Shown here one piece after another: positions 1 to 11,446 of a stretch of DNA of 33,407 nt (the stretch's first letter is position 1; each line of letters begins with the position of its first letter). Below the pieces are notes generated by a model. That model was not told where the DNA came from. It did not search any database and worked only from the letters and a program-made list of their open reading frames with translations. Source of the DNA: Basidioascus undulatus (lineage: Eukaryota). Both the position numbers and the translations under genes were made by a program. The stretch covers positions 1 to 33,407 of the forward strand of contig JTLS01000274.1 of assembly GCA_000826855.1 (NCBI GenBank), in the 5' to 3' direction.

Positions 1-136
1 TTCCTTTCCACTCACCAAAAAGCCGTCGGGCCTCTGCACACTTGCCTCATTTTTCCTAACACTTCCCCGCTTCTAACTTTCCCCAGCTCCGGCCTTCGCA
101 TGCCGATGCTGACGGATCTGTGGTCTGTCTTGACAG

Positions 137-391
137 CCGAAATCGGCGACGTCGTCGGCAGGCTCAAGCGCCTCGCGACCGCTGCGGGCGAGGAGGTCGA
201 CACGCAAAACGACCGCCTGGAGAACATCGGCGGCAAGGTGACCAAGGTCGACGATAAGATCTTCCGCAACACCGAGAAGCTCAAGCGGTGCGTGTGCTGC
301 GTGTGCTGTCCTCCTTCCCCATCATTCCATCCAGCCCCCCTCATTTCCCATCACATGCTGACTGGCCACACCCCAACACAGTTATCACTAA
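137..391 (+). CDS. SEC9: 3' end of Sec9/SNAP-25-like t-SNARE (C-terminal SNARE motif); gene starts upstream of the window
   Basis: Exon 137-287 follows GCTGAC...TTGACAG and encodes EIGDVVGRLKRLATAAGEEVDTQNDRLENIGGKVTKVDDKIFRNTEKLKR, a heptad SNARE motif with central Q and no TM anchor. Intron 288-381 (GTGCGT...CAG). Last exon 382-391 gives R-Y-H-stop. Confidence 0.85.
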
Positions 392-1068
392 TCGCCGTCC
401 CCGCGCATCGTTCTGTTCTCCTTGCATGCCGGCAGCGCAGGCGCTCGGTCTCACCTCGCCGTCTCCGCACCGCATTCCCCACGCTGCCCATTATGCCCGT
501 CTGTCTTTCGTGTACCCGCATCCCGTTCACATCTTCGCTCGCTTCTTGGACGCTCTCTCGCATATCGTACCGCTCGTTAGTCGCTCCATTCGTACTCTCA
601 CGTCGCATTTTCTTGGTCCAATTTTCTGATTCTGCACTCTTGCGCTGCCTTGGGTCATGGCATGTTGCTCTCGCCTCAGGCTACTATGTGTGTAGTAGGA
701 TCAGAATGGCCCCTGTGCTTCCGAACCGGCCTTTCTATCGCGGAATCTTGGACGCCGACTTGATACATCGAATAACGACCAGCTTGCGGTCACGACCCCC
801 TGTTGGCGTGCTGTATCCCATCACAACTCGGCGATTACGGCGCCGGCGGCAGGAGACGGCACGTGGAGGCTGCATGCCGATCACTGCCCGGCGCGAGTGT
901 ATTATTGGTGTTCATTCAGTCCGCTCACTGATATGCGGATCATATCTTGACGTGCGACAACCGCCATATCAAAAGACTGCGAGCGGCTCGAGCTTCCGGA
1001 GGATAAATGAGAACTGCGAGCTGCTGCAGGCCTCGTCTTCCTCCCTCTCCTCGCAAAGGCTCCACACC

Positions 1069-2668
1069 ATGGTGCTCGCTCTGCCGGCCCTACTCATTCT
1101 CCTTCCCTCCGTACTTGCGGCATGGAACTCGCCCGTCACCCGACCGTGGAACCCGGGCGCGCTGAACCACTCGTGCGCGCTGCCGCGCCCCGTGCTGTCG
1201 TGCCAGAACGAGACTGCGGTAGAGGACAGGTGCTGCTCGCCGGTCCCTGGGGAAAAACAAAGAAGTGCCGGTTCGAATCTGGTGCTCCAGGTACGTTGGG
1301 ATATTGGAGGACGTAGTGCTTAGCGATTGAAAGACGCGATTGGACAGACCCAATTTTGGTCGCGCTACACGGGCCTCGAGGAAGAGGGCCAGCTCCTCTC
1401 CCCTAAGAGCTGGACGATTCATGAACTCTGGTAAGGCAGCTCGCACGTTGATCGAAAGGGTTAGATTTTGTTGACTCCTCTCAGGCCGGACAACTTCGAT
1501 GGCTCATACGAGAGGTAAGCGCTGTTCTTTGTGTTCTGCAATGAGGGAGTTCTTGACCTTTTTCTGCGTTTGCAGCTACTGCGATCTCCCCTGATCCCTC
1601 GCCCAACACGACTACATCGACTGCTAACCCCCAAGGTCAGCTGTCCGGAACTTCTGGTTTGGCGTTATCTTCCAATAATATCGAGACTGCGCCTCCATGA
1701 GCAGGAGTGACTGTTCCCGCCTGGACCGGACCGGACCCTATCACGCACGCCTCTTCTGAAGAAGTTCGGGAAGCTCGACCTCATTGATTGGATGCAAAAG
1801 TACGTAGCTTGCAGGCAGTACCTCCTCCCTCGCTTAGTCATCTATTCTGTATCAATTCGTTTTCGCACAGGAACTGGATCAACCAGGGCGCGCCGAACTG
1901 TGAGTTTTGGGTCTGTCCTTTGAATTTTGACAGCATAGAGAAAACCAACTGAAGCCATCTTGGTAAAAGTGCACGAGTTCAGCTAGCATGCTGTGAATAG
2001 AAAGTAGACGAACAGCTTGAGCACGCTGACTGAACTCCTGAACGCATGAACAGACTTGCTTCTCGACCTTCGACCTTGATTGCGTGCGTACATGGCATTT
2101 ATAGCAGGAGAACACGAGGAACTTAGAAAACATCCCTGCGCAGTACGGCCCCTACTATCAACAAGGCGCCGACGTCGTCGATTTCCTGGAGACGGCCATC
2201 GCAGCCTATATTTCGCGCCCGACGTACGACTGGCTGGCGGAGGCGGGCATTGTCCCTTCGAACGAGACGGCCTACTCTTACGACGCCATCGTGAGTGTCT
2301 TGAAGGACGAGACAGGGGCTGTTCCATACGTGAGTAATCCATTGCAACGGACCAAAATCTTGCTCCCGATGGAGAGCTGACTGCGTTGGGTTCATTGGGC
2401 AGCTCGGGTGCGGCGGTTGCCAGTCTAACGTCAAGGACAGCCGGACCGAGCTGAACGAGGTAAATGACATGTTGATTATACTACCTTATGTTGGGTGGTC
2501 CGCTAACGTTAGCTTCATTTTCAATAGATCTGGTACTTTAACCATGTGTGGGGCAAGGTGCAGAACGGGCAGTACGAGCCTGTGGACTCCACGACCAAGA
2601 CATCCTTCACCAAGACGGGACGGGTCTGGTACAATGAACGTACGGATGGAAGCGAGTGGGAGGCATGA
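1069..2668 (+). pseudogene. Secreted ribonuclease T2 family gene, disrupted
   Basis: Signal peptide MVLALPALLILLPSVLA; spliced exons give CCSP..LVLQ|TQFW..SWTIH[E]LWPDNFDGSYE (CAS I), FW.HEFS*HA|TCFSTFDLDC (CAS II) and ELNE|IWYFNHVWG. Lesions: G>E in CAS I (GAA 1423-1425), frameshift after YCDL (~1590), 4-bp CACG duplication 1742-1749, TAG 1984-1986 replacing the CAS II Lys. Confidence 0.88.
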
Positions 2669-3367
2669 GGGGATGGGATGCATGAGTGGATGGGATGCAT
2701 GAGGAGATCTGAGGAGCATGTAAAGTAGTGCAGCGGCTTCACCGCATTAATCTCGGGACGGAATTTCTGTCTGAAGCCCGCTGCGATTGGACTGTGTGGG
2801 TTTCTTTCTTGCATCTTCCCATAATTTCTCTGAAATTCTTAGATGCAAAGCGTGCTTGAGCAGAACGCTATCCTACGCCGCGAGTCGACGTCAGTACTCT
2901 GTCGTTGCGGCCAACGGCTTAGAAGACTCAAAGCCGGCTTTTGTAAGAGTCGACCTTCAACTGCTGATACTCTTCATAGGCAGCATTTCCGGTGAACACC
3001 TTCACAAATCTACACAGATTTTCACCCCGCTCGTTCCCCTACCCCACCACGTAGACGGCCTTTTGGCCTTATGTCCGTTACTGTACGCCATATGCCTGAC
3101 GGCAATTCTGTATACAATAAATCTGATTACAAACAAATCTGCACTCTTTATTCTTTGCAGATTGCAGCTTTCGCATTATCGAATGACGTCATTGCGGCTT
3201 GATCCGAAGTCGCCCGCTCGCTCGGTCCGGGAGCAAAACCGCCCGAGCACTACCAAGGTCGACAAGATCGGCAGTCTTCCTTCTCCCTCCCACCATCTCG
3301 CCGTACTCATCCTCGTCGTTCAGTCCCTTAAGCTCGCCATCGTCGGTGCAGGGGTTGAGCATCTACC

Positions 3368-4812
3368 ATGAAGACTGTTCTGATAGGACCCGGCTTCCTC
3401 GGTGAGTCCCCTCCTCACTTCCTCATGCACGACCACCGCCTGTGGCTCTTCTCCAAACCTGCCCATCCGTTCTCGCTCCCCAGGGTCCTACATCGCCCGC
3501 ACGCTCATCCAGAACCCGTCCAACACCGTCGCCCTCGCCTCCCGCTCGCCTCAGATCTTGCACTCTCAGCTCGCCCCGCTCGGGCGGCAAATCCTCGCCC
3601 CAGCCCCCGGCGTCGACATCACCCGTCCTGAGACGCTCCCCACGGCGCTCGAGGGCGCCGATAGCGTCGTTAATCTCGTGGGCGTCCTTCATGGTAGTCG
3701 CAAGAAGTTCTACAACGTTCAGGTACACGGCGCGGAGCACGTAGCTCAGGCGGCGGAAAAGGTCGGCGCCAAAATCGTCCATATTTCGACGATTGGGGCA
3801 GATCCGGAGAGTACGATCTATTATACCCGCACCAAAGGTGAGTTTGCGCCATGTGCTCTGCCCTTCCTCTATTTGCTAACGCCAGAGGACCTGGCAGCTC
3901 TCGGCGAGCAAGCTGTTCTTGCCGCCTCCCCGAGCGCAACCATCATCCGTCCCTCCCTCATCTTCGGCCCAAGCGACAGCTTCTTCTCCCGTTTCGGCAC
4001 TCTCGCTCGCATCCTCCCCTTCCTTCCGGTATTCGGCGGTGGCAAGACGCGCTTCCAGCCCGTCTACGCGGGCGACGTCGCGCGTGCAGTCGAAATCTGC
4101 TTGCGCCCTGAAGCGCGGGAAAGGGTCGCTGGGAAGATCGTGGAGGCTGGGGGACCGGACAGTGAGTCTTTTATTTGCGTATGGGAAACGTATGGGAAAG
4201 GGAAGGGGCAGAGTCGGATGAGAGGCTGATCGAAGGCGACAAGGAGGGAAGTCTTGACCTACCGCGAGATCATGGAGCTCGTCCTGGAGTACACGCAGCT
4301 TTCTCGGCCGATCGTGTCTCTACCATTCTGGGTAGGGAAGCTCCAAGGTCTCTTCCTCGAGCGCCTGCCCGAATCCATCTTCACTCTCACGCGCGACCAA
4401 GTGCGTCCTCCCGCCCCCCTCCCCCCCTTCCCCCATTTCTTGCTATTCTGCGCTCACCTCGCCGCACCCCGTTCAGGTCGAGCAACTGAAGCGCGACAAC
4501 GTCGTCACACCCCTGCACTCTCTCCCCGACTCCGAGCTTCCCTACCATATCTCCTTCCGCCAGCTCCTCGGCGCCTTCCCCCCGCCGGGACCATCCTCCG
4601 CCCCGCCCTCCGAGCACCTCACCAGCGTCACGTCCATCCTCCCCACGTACCTCAGCCCGAAGGGCAGCGTGCCGGACAAGCGGACGCACGGGCGGAACTA
4701 CGTGGGTGCGGGGGATGGGGAGCGGCTGAAGGCAAGGGAGAAGGAGCGAATGAGGAGGAGGAGGGAGATGCGAGAGTTGAAGGATCCGAGCGATAGGGAT
4801 GGGAACCGGTAG
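3368..4812 (+). CDS. NAD(P)-binding atypical SDR, NDUFA9 (complex I 39/40 kDa subunit)-like; 5 exons
   Basis: Exons 3368-3401, 3484-3837, 3898-4161, 4252-4400, 4477-4812 splice in frame. Motifs: IGPGFLG|SYIA (Rossmann), VVNLVG, YTRTK (YxxxK), IIRPSLIFGPSDSFF, FQPVYAGDVARA, LTRDQ|VEQLKRDNVV. Confidence 0.88.
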
Positions 4813-5382
4813 TTGTTACGAGGGCAGAGGGACACTGCATAGCTGTCCTCAGCTTTTTTACGGTGTTTGCGCGTGCAGGGATCAATTGGGACAGCACAAG
4901 GCTCGACCAAGGGATGCCACAGTGATTGCAGAGTAGCCAGCCCCGACCACATTATCTGAGATGAGTGATCAACAAGAAACCGGGCGTCTTTAGTCCCTAG
5001 TGTTTCGCGTTGCTCGTTGGTAGGCTGTCCTGAGAGTCTAGCCCTACCACCTCGCATCTTTGTCGCACAATTGCTTCTTGATTGCGACATTTAATTGTGC
5101 ACGTCGGCGGGCTTCTATGGTCGTCTTTCGATTCATTCTCGGTCCCATATACACAATAAAATGTGACTTTATCGAAAACAAACCTGCAACCTACAACACA
5201 TCTGCGGTTTCTCATCCGTTCCCAGTGAAACGCTGCGGTGCGACGAGTCCAAATCGCGTGCTCGCTGTAGCGCTCGGCGAAGTCATCGCCGTCGCCGAAT
5301 GACTCCTTGAACTCGTACTCTCATCTTCTACAGCAAACTCGCACACTAACCACTGTTGCTCCTCAAACTACATATTCTCATC

Positions 5383-7240
5383 ATGTCTGACGGGAAAATC
5401 TCATCGCTTTCGACGCTGTCGCTGCACGCGGACGACCTGCACCATCACAACGAGCGGGATGTCGCACCCCGTATCTCCGTCTCAACCAGTAGATCACTCA
5501 CCCTCGACTCGCATCGATTTCCCCATCACTGAGATAGCTTGGAATGCTCGTAGCTTTCAGGCACCCTCATCCGGAGTTCCTTGACGACCTGAAGGAGAAG
5601 GGAGAGCTCAAGGACTGGGATCCTGCGAACCCCGAGGGCGTCCACATCTACTCTCGCTACACCCAGCAGGTCTCGACTCGGTCCGATGTGCTTAACTTAG
5701 TTGTACTCTACGGGGAAACTAATCGATGTTATCTCTGCTGTTAGCGCCGAGACAGTCCTCTCGAAGATCTCCGGCGGACACGCAATCGTTTTCGCCTCGG
5801 GTCTGGCCGCGTCTTACGCTGTCCGTCCCGCCTTGAGCAATCTAACAATCGCTCGTGAAACTCACGCACATCCCAATAGGCGCTGATTCACTTCAAGCCT
5901 AAGCGTATCGCCATCCGCGAGGGCTACCACGGCGTCCACAACGCGATCGAGGTGTACAAGCGCATCAAGACCGACCTCGAGGTCGTCGACCTCAACGCGG
6001 ATGTGGGCGAGGGCGACCTGGTCTGGGTCGAGACGCCGCTGAACCCCACCGGCGAGGCGCGGTGCGTTTGATGAGAATCTGTCTTCATCACTGCGCTGTC
6101 TCGCGATACTGACGAGGGTGAATGACAGGGACCTGCGCGTGTACGAGAAGAAGGCGCACGACGCTGGCGCGAAGCTCATCGTCGACGCGACCTTTGCGCC
6201 TCCGCCCGTGTCGGACCCATTCAAGTGGGGCGCTGACCTCGTCCTTCACAGCGGTACGTCAATTGCTGTCCATTGTACGGTGAAAACTTGCTGACCGCGG
6301 CAATCGCTGCAGGCTCCAAGTATTTCGGTGGCCACTCCGACGTGGTCGGTGTCCTTCCATGCGTTTTCCGAGCCCCGATTGCTGAAGTCCCTTCCCATAG
6401 CTCGCAGGTGTGCTCATTGCCAAGACCGTGGCGGAGTGGCGCGAGGTGCGCTGGAAACACATTGAACCCCTCATTCGCCTCCGCTCACCCTCTCGCCGAC
6501 AGCTCTGGCACATCCGCACCTTCACCGGTGCGAACCTCGGCTCGCTCGAGGCATGGTTGCGTGCGTCCCTTCGCTGCTCCTTATCCCACGTTGCACCTCC
6601 TGACTCGCCCCCGCCTCCCGCAGTCCTGCGCTCCCTCCGCACCTACTCCCTCCGGGTGAACCAGCAGTTCGCGACGGGCACCGCGCTCGCGACCTGGCTC
6701 TCCCGGATCGCCGAGTCGGGCGAGAAGGGGTTCGACGGCGTCCCAGGCGGCGTCGTCGACGCTGTGTGGCACGCCGCGCTCCAGAAGGAGCCTTGGGTCC
6801 GCGAGCAGGTCAACAAGGGCCCGGCGTGCTTCGGGCTCAGGCTGGCGAAGGAGGAGCACGCGCGGATCCTGCCCCACTCGCTGCAGTACTTCACCGTGCG
6901 TCTGCCCCTTTGTGCTCGCTGAATACAAGTCGTCGCTGACTCATTCGGCCTGGTCAATACAGCCCGCAACCTCGCTTGGCGGCGTTGAGACGCTCATCGA
7001 GCAACGCTGCGTGTCGGATCCGGGTGCGGACCCTCGCGTCATCCGTATCTCGGTCGGGCTAGAGGACATCGAGGTTTGTCATCCGCTCCTCGTCACTCAA
7101 ATAGATCGCTGAATGTCCACCTTCGCACTGCAGGATCTCAAGGACGACCTTCGCCAGGCGTTGAACAAGATTGCCCAGGTACTTACGGCACCGGCGTACA
7201 GCGTACGGTTGAGCACTGACAGACTCGTTTGCAGACGTAG
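5383..7240 (+). CDS. PLP-dependent trans-sulfuration enzyme (cystathionine gamma-synthase/gamma-lyase family); ~12 exons
   Basis: Spliced product contains TLSLHAD, ISVSTT|F, YSRY, FASGLAA, WVETPLNPTG, VDATFAPP, HS|GSKYFGGHSD (PLP-binding Lys), ATSLGGVETLIE and IRISVGLEDIE|DLKDDL. It ends in a 6-nt exon ACGTAG (7235-7240). Confidence 0.93.
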
Positions 7241-7415
7241 ACGGGACATTAGGCGTTGCACACCTTTGAGACCTCAAGTAGCCTTTCTGACTTGTGCACA
7301 AAGCCGAAGCCGGTCGCACGAAGTAGCTCGATACTTCGTAGGCATGAAGTTTGACTCTATGTGTGGTTCAGTCAGAATGATCACGTCAGCTCCTTCGTAT
7401 CGTGAGAATGAGAAT

Positions 7416-9162
7416 CACTGTCATGAAAGGAGATAATCATGTGACTTTGCTTGATCAATATTGGTCAACTCGAATAAATTGACTGTGAAAAGGGCAATTG
7501 AACAGCGAAAAAGGACATATAAAAGTCAAGCTTTGTCAATTACAGTGGTGGTCTGGTCAACACATAGTCAAACCAACAAGTCTATTAGCCAATGTCTGGT
7601 CAACCTTTAGTGAAACGGCTGGTCCATGCATGGGTTTTTAGTCAATATAGTCAAATAAGAAAATGAGACGCAAAGGAATTGCCCAGATCACGCTTTCAAT
7701 TTTACTCGGGATCAGGGCCACCTCAACAGTCTTTCACTGAGCTCAAGGCCTTCCACTGACCCTTGTTGTCCATGCATTTGCTGTGGTTTAAACCTGCGCT
7801 ACTTACCTATCCAGGAAATTTACAAGATATACTTACCAACTTAGTCAAGGAGACCTGTGCACCACACCACAGCCTTACAGTATGACATTCCGCTTCAGCA
7901 CATTTGGGCCAGTGTGCTATTGAAACATCACAAGGGGAAGATACATTAGTATTTTCACACAAATTTCAACAACATACCAAAGGGCGCAAATGCAAATAGT
8001 GAGGGGCAAGCTTTGTCTCCTGCTCCCTGCCAACCGCAAGCTAGAGCAACCTCCTTACTGTTCTCTGAGGCAGTAGTCAATGTGACTATAAGCAAGCAAT
8101 GTCGTTTTGTTTCTAATCAAAGAAAGATCTCAATATAGGTTTGGATGTGGAGTCGTTGAGGATGAATGACACCTCTAACGAGGCATGTAGTGAGCCCACG
8201 CTTCCGCGGAGACCAAGTCCAGAAAACTCCAAGTGTCACTCACCGCTTTCACAACATACTCAAACACTTGTTATTCGGTGTATATCCTGCATAGGCAGCT
8301 CAGTCAGAATCCCAGTGGGAGTCTGGACACTGTCCCTGTCAGTCACACCCCGCTTGTGGAGCGTCGTCCACATTGTTCCACCTTCAATATTGGGATTGGA
8401 GTATGTGGAGGTCACTGTTAATCGTGTCACATTTCTTCTTAGACAGGACCTCGAAATTTTTAGCACGAATTTGCATTGGGGGACATTTTACTGTACCTGT
8501 GGGCAGTGAGACTCAGGAGGAACCCAACAGGCACGTAAGGTAGGGGTCACTTGGAAGTCATCTGCTTATGTAAGCGGCAAATCTAGGCCTTTCCCATTCC
8601 CCGACCACCAGGAGGCTCAACTGGCCCATCGATTGTTGCCTTGGGAATGAGGAATAAAAGTGGGCTAGGGGAGGTGATGACTTTAAGTGACTCCTTACCT
8701 TTGCTTGCGTTACACAAAAGTGTTGAAGCTCTCACATGTTCAACTCTGTCTTGTGAGAAACAACTATGCTTATTGCTGTAGCCTTAACTATATTTGACTG
8801 TAACAGCTCTGATTTGGCTAGGCATTGAATGCAACCCAGCCATATTGACTATAAGTGACACTCGAGATGCGGCATTAAACAGATTGACTGTGCAGCGGCC
8901 ATATTAACAAGATTGAATGCAAATGGTCCACTTTGACCACCAACTGACTCCAAGACAGTCACATTGACTACAATCGACTGAAAAACTCTTGTTTGACTAT
9001 CTAACACTTGTGACCAATTCTGCGGCGCTTTCAAGACAGCGGCTGGGTGAAAGTGTCAAAGCTTTCGCAGCATGATCTCGCAATGGCACTGCATATTGTG
9101 AATAAGCGAAGCTGATTTTCTCCCTGTAATTCTTGTGAACCATATGAATATTTGTGACAGCG
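7416..9162. mobile_element. Degenerate non-autonomous DNA-transposon-like element with inverted subterminal repeat arrays
   Basis: Lower GC and visibly scarce CpG compared with the flanks. Eight GTCAA in 7464-7654 and six TTGAC in 8794-8997. Imperfect ends: CACTGTCATGAA (7416) vs TTTGTGACAGCG (9151-9162, rc CGCTGTCACAAA). No TSD and no recognisable transposase. Confidence 0.5.
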
Positions 9163-9769
9163 CTGCGCGAAGCTTTCAAACATGATCACAGCGTTCGGCA
9201 CCGAGACATAGTTCAGGCGCTCTTGCGTTCCAGGTGCTCGCATGCTGCCGACAATCTACCACTATCCAGAAAGCACTTTATCGCCGAGCTAGGGCCCGAT
9301 AGACTATCGAAGGAGTCCCTCGTCGTCCGCAGCTGACCAGAAGCCGTAACAACTAAACAACAACATGGTCAGACAAGGTCAAGGGACGTTCAAGAACATC
9401 ATCGCTGAGAACCTGGATAAAGAACATAGAAACCGACGTGTTGAATGCGGAAGAACGTGAGACAGTGTAAAGGTAAGGCCTGAATCACAGAGGATAGGCG
9501 GTACGAGACGCTCAAAGGGGAATAGAAAGACGGTGGAGGACAGTGTGGCTATCAAATGAAGGTGTCGTGAGAAAAGCCCAAAGAAAAAGAAAAGAAGCGG
9601 TACAAGATTGCTCTACTGGGTGAAGTGACGAAAATTTGAAGCATAAAGGCGGTGGAGGGCACCGTCGGGATGACTGGTAAGTGAAGTTGTGAAAGAACGC
9701 AGAGAAAAAAAAAAAGGATAGAAACCGAAGGAAACTCGTCGTGAAGGAGTGTCGAGCGTAAGAAGCTTT

Positions 9770-10535
9770 TCATGGCGAGGAAGGAGAAGGAGCAGGCAAG
9801 ATGGGAAGCGAGGGGGTCGTGATGGACTTGAGTGCGTCGTGCGTGGGCGTGCGGGTGAAGGGACCACCGGAGACTGATATCAGGGGGAGCTGAGCAGAGG
9901 GGTGGGTCTGGGTACGGCGGTGCGTGCTGGACGTGCGGATGGCGAGGGTCGAGGCGGATTGGGGTCCGAGGGGCAGGGGCGGGCGGCACAGTAACGAGAA
10001 GGTGGGTGCTACGAGTCTTGTCGGTCGTAAGCGTCGGTTCCCCTGCGCTGAGCTGGAAGCTGAGCAGAGCACGAAAGTGAAGACGCACTCTCGTCCCCCG
10101 TGGGCTGCACGCCCTCGCTCACGGTCCACCTCCTCTTGTCGCTCTCGCGCTCTTTCGCGGGACGGAGGCGGGAGGGAATGAGACTTGGGAGAGCTTGGAC
10201 ACCTTGCGCTGACCGGCAGCGAGAACGACGTTTAGAGAGCGGGCTGAGCCGTGGACGTTCTCGCTGCGAGGATAGGACTGTCAGCGAGCAGCGCCTGAAG
10301 CTGGAAAACGCTGCAGGGTCGGAGAGAGAGACTTAGCGCGGCGCTGCAGCCTGTGTGAGACGATGTCGTCACCTCGGGAGGTGTATCGGACGATTTCGGG
10401 CGTCGCGCTGGGCCGGTAGGGAGGAGAAGCACTGTCGGAGGCGCTGGACTTGGGGGAGACGCTGCCGATTTCTGATCGCTGAAGGGGGGTTGTCGGGACG
10501 GCTGAAAATGGAAGGGGGGGAGAAGCGCATTGCAT
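9770..10535 (-). CDS. Possible Ser/Pro-rich hypothetical protein; exon structure unresolved
   Basis: Minus-strand ATG at 10535 opens an S/P-rich frame. Intron-like segments at 10264-10332 (GCTGAC branch, CAG) and 10009-10088 (GTGCGT...TAG). The obvious first donor does not give a stop-free join. Confidence 0.3.
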
Positions 10536-11446
10536 AGGCGGGAGGGGGTGCGTCAACCGCGGCGTGCTGTAGTTCCGCAGTTGCTGATTGAAGAGGAGGG
10601 ACTCGACTTGGGGAGGAAGGCGGGGAACGAGCGTGTGCGGGGAGTGCGTGAAGGGGTCGGACACGGCATAAGGACCCGGTGTAGGCTTAGGAAACGATAT
10701 GGTAGAGCAATGGTGAGAAGGAAAGGGCAAGCTATAAAGCACAGCATAGCATTTCATCAGTGGTCGGGCCATGCCATCCAGGCACTGCCCCCCCCGGACC
10801 TCGAGGCCTGTCACGCCTTTGCTGCAGCACGGCGGTGTCGCGGCACGACGACACGAAACACGCCGAAGACAGATTGGGTTCGAGAACCAGGGAGGCTTCG
10901 GTATGCGGCGTCTGTGGACTCGAAGCACCGTGGAGGCCGCTGCAGTGTCGCCGATCCTGTATTTAGGAGTTTCAAACAGTCTGGCACATGAGAAGACAGG
11001 AGAATGTGTACTTAAACGCGTTGGTACTTTCTTTGGATTTTGTCGAAATGCGCGCTTGTGTCTGTTGAGCAGCTTGAACCTGGTACTGGTTGGGCTCGCC
11101 GTGGCCAGCTTTGGGATGCTCAAACCCCTGCGCTTCAGCATGATGTTTCGCCAAGGAAAAAAAAGGCCTTCAGGCATGCTTCTAAGCAGCCGGGCGACAT
11201 CGTGCCGACTGAGGAAGTCACTTACCGGTCCAGCTACTTACGCACCCGGTGGTCCCACGCAATACTTCTTGCCCACCCCAAGTATCACAAATTGAGAAAT
11301 AAGGGTATATAAGCGAAATACTATAAAAGATTAAAGACCACGTCCCAAAATGAGAAGAGAGCGTCCATCCGCAAAGCGATCCGTCCGTCCATCCGCCCGT
11401 CCCAACCACTCTGCGTCTTCAAGAGCACCGCGCGCCCTCCCTCGCC

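Noticed and set aside
100..1323. 407-aa plus-strand ORF
   Set aside because: Chance read-through joining the Sec9 exon, intron/UTR/intergenic DNA and the first exon of the RNase T2 pseudogene. Clear splice sites break it up.
8141..8509. ORFs inside the CpG-poor element as a candidate transposase
   Set aside because: No DDE, RT, integrase or zinc-finger motif recognisable in any frame.
10281..11177. 298-aa minus-strand ORF
   Set aside because: No recognisable domain. Only the part after Met 10535 looks coding-like, and long ORFs arise easily in GC-rich DNA.
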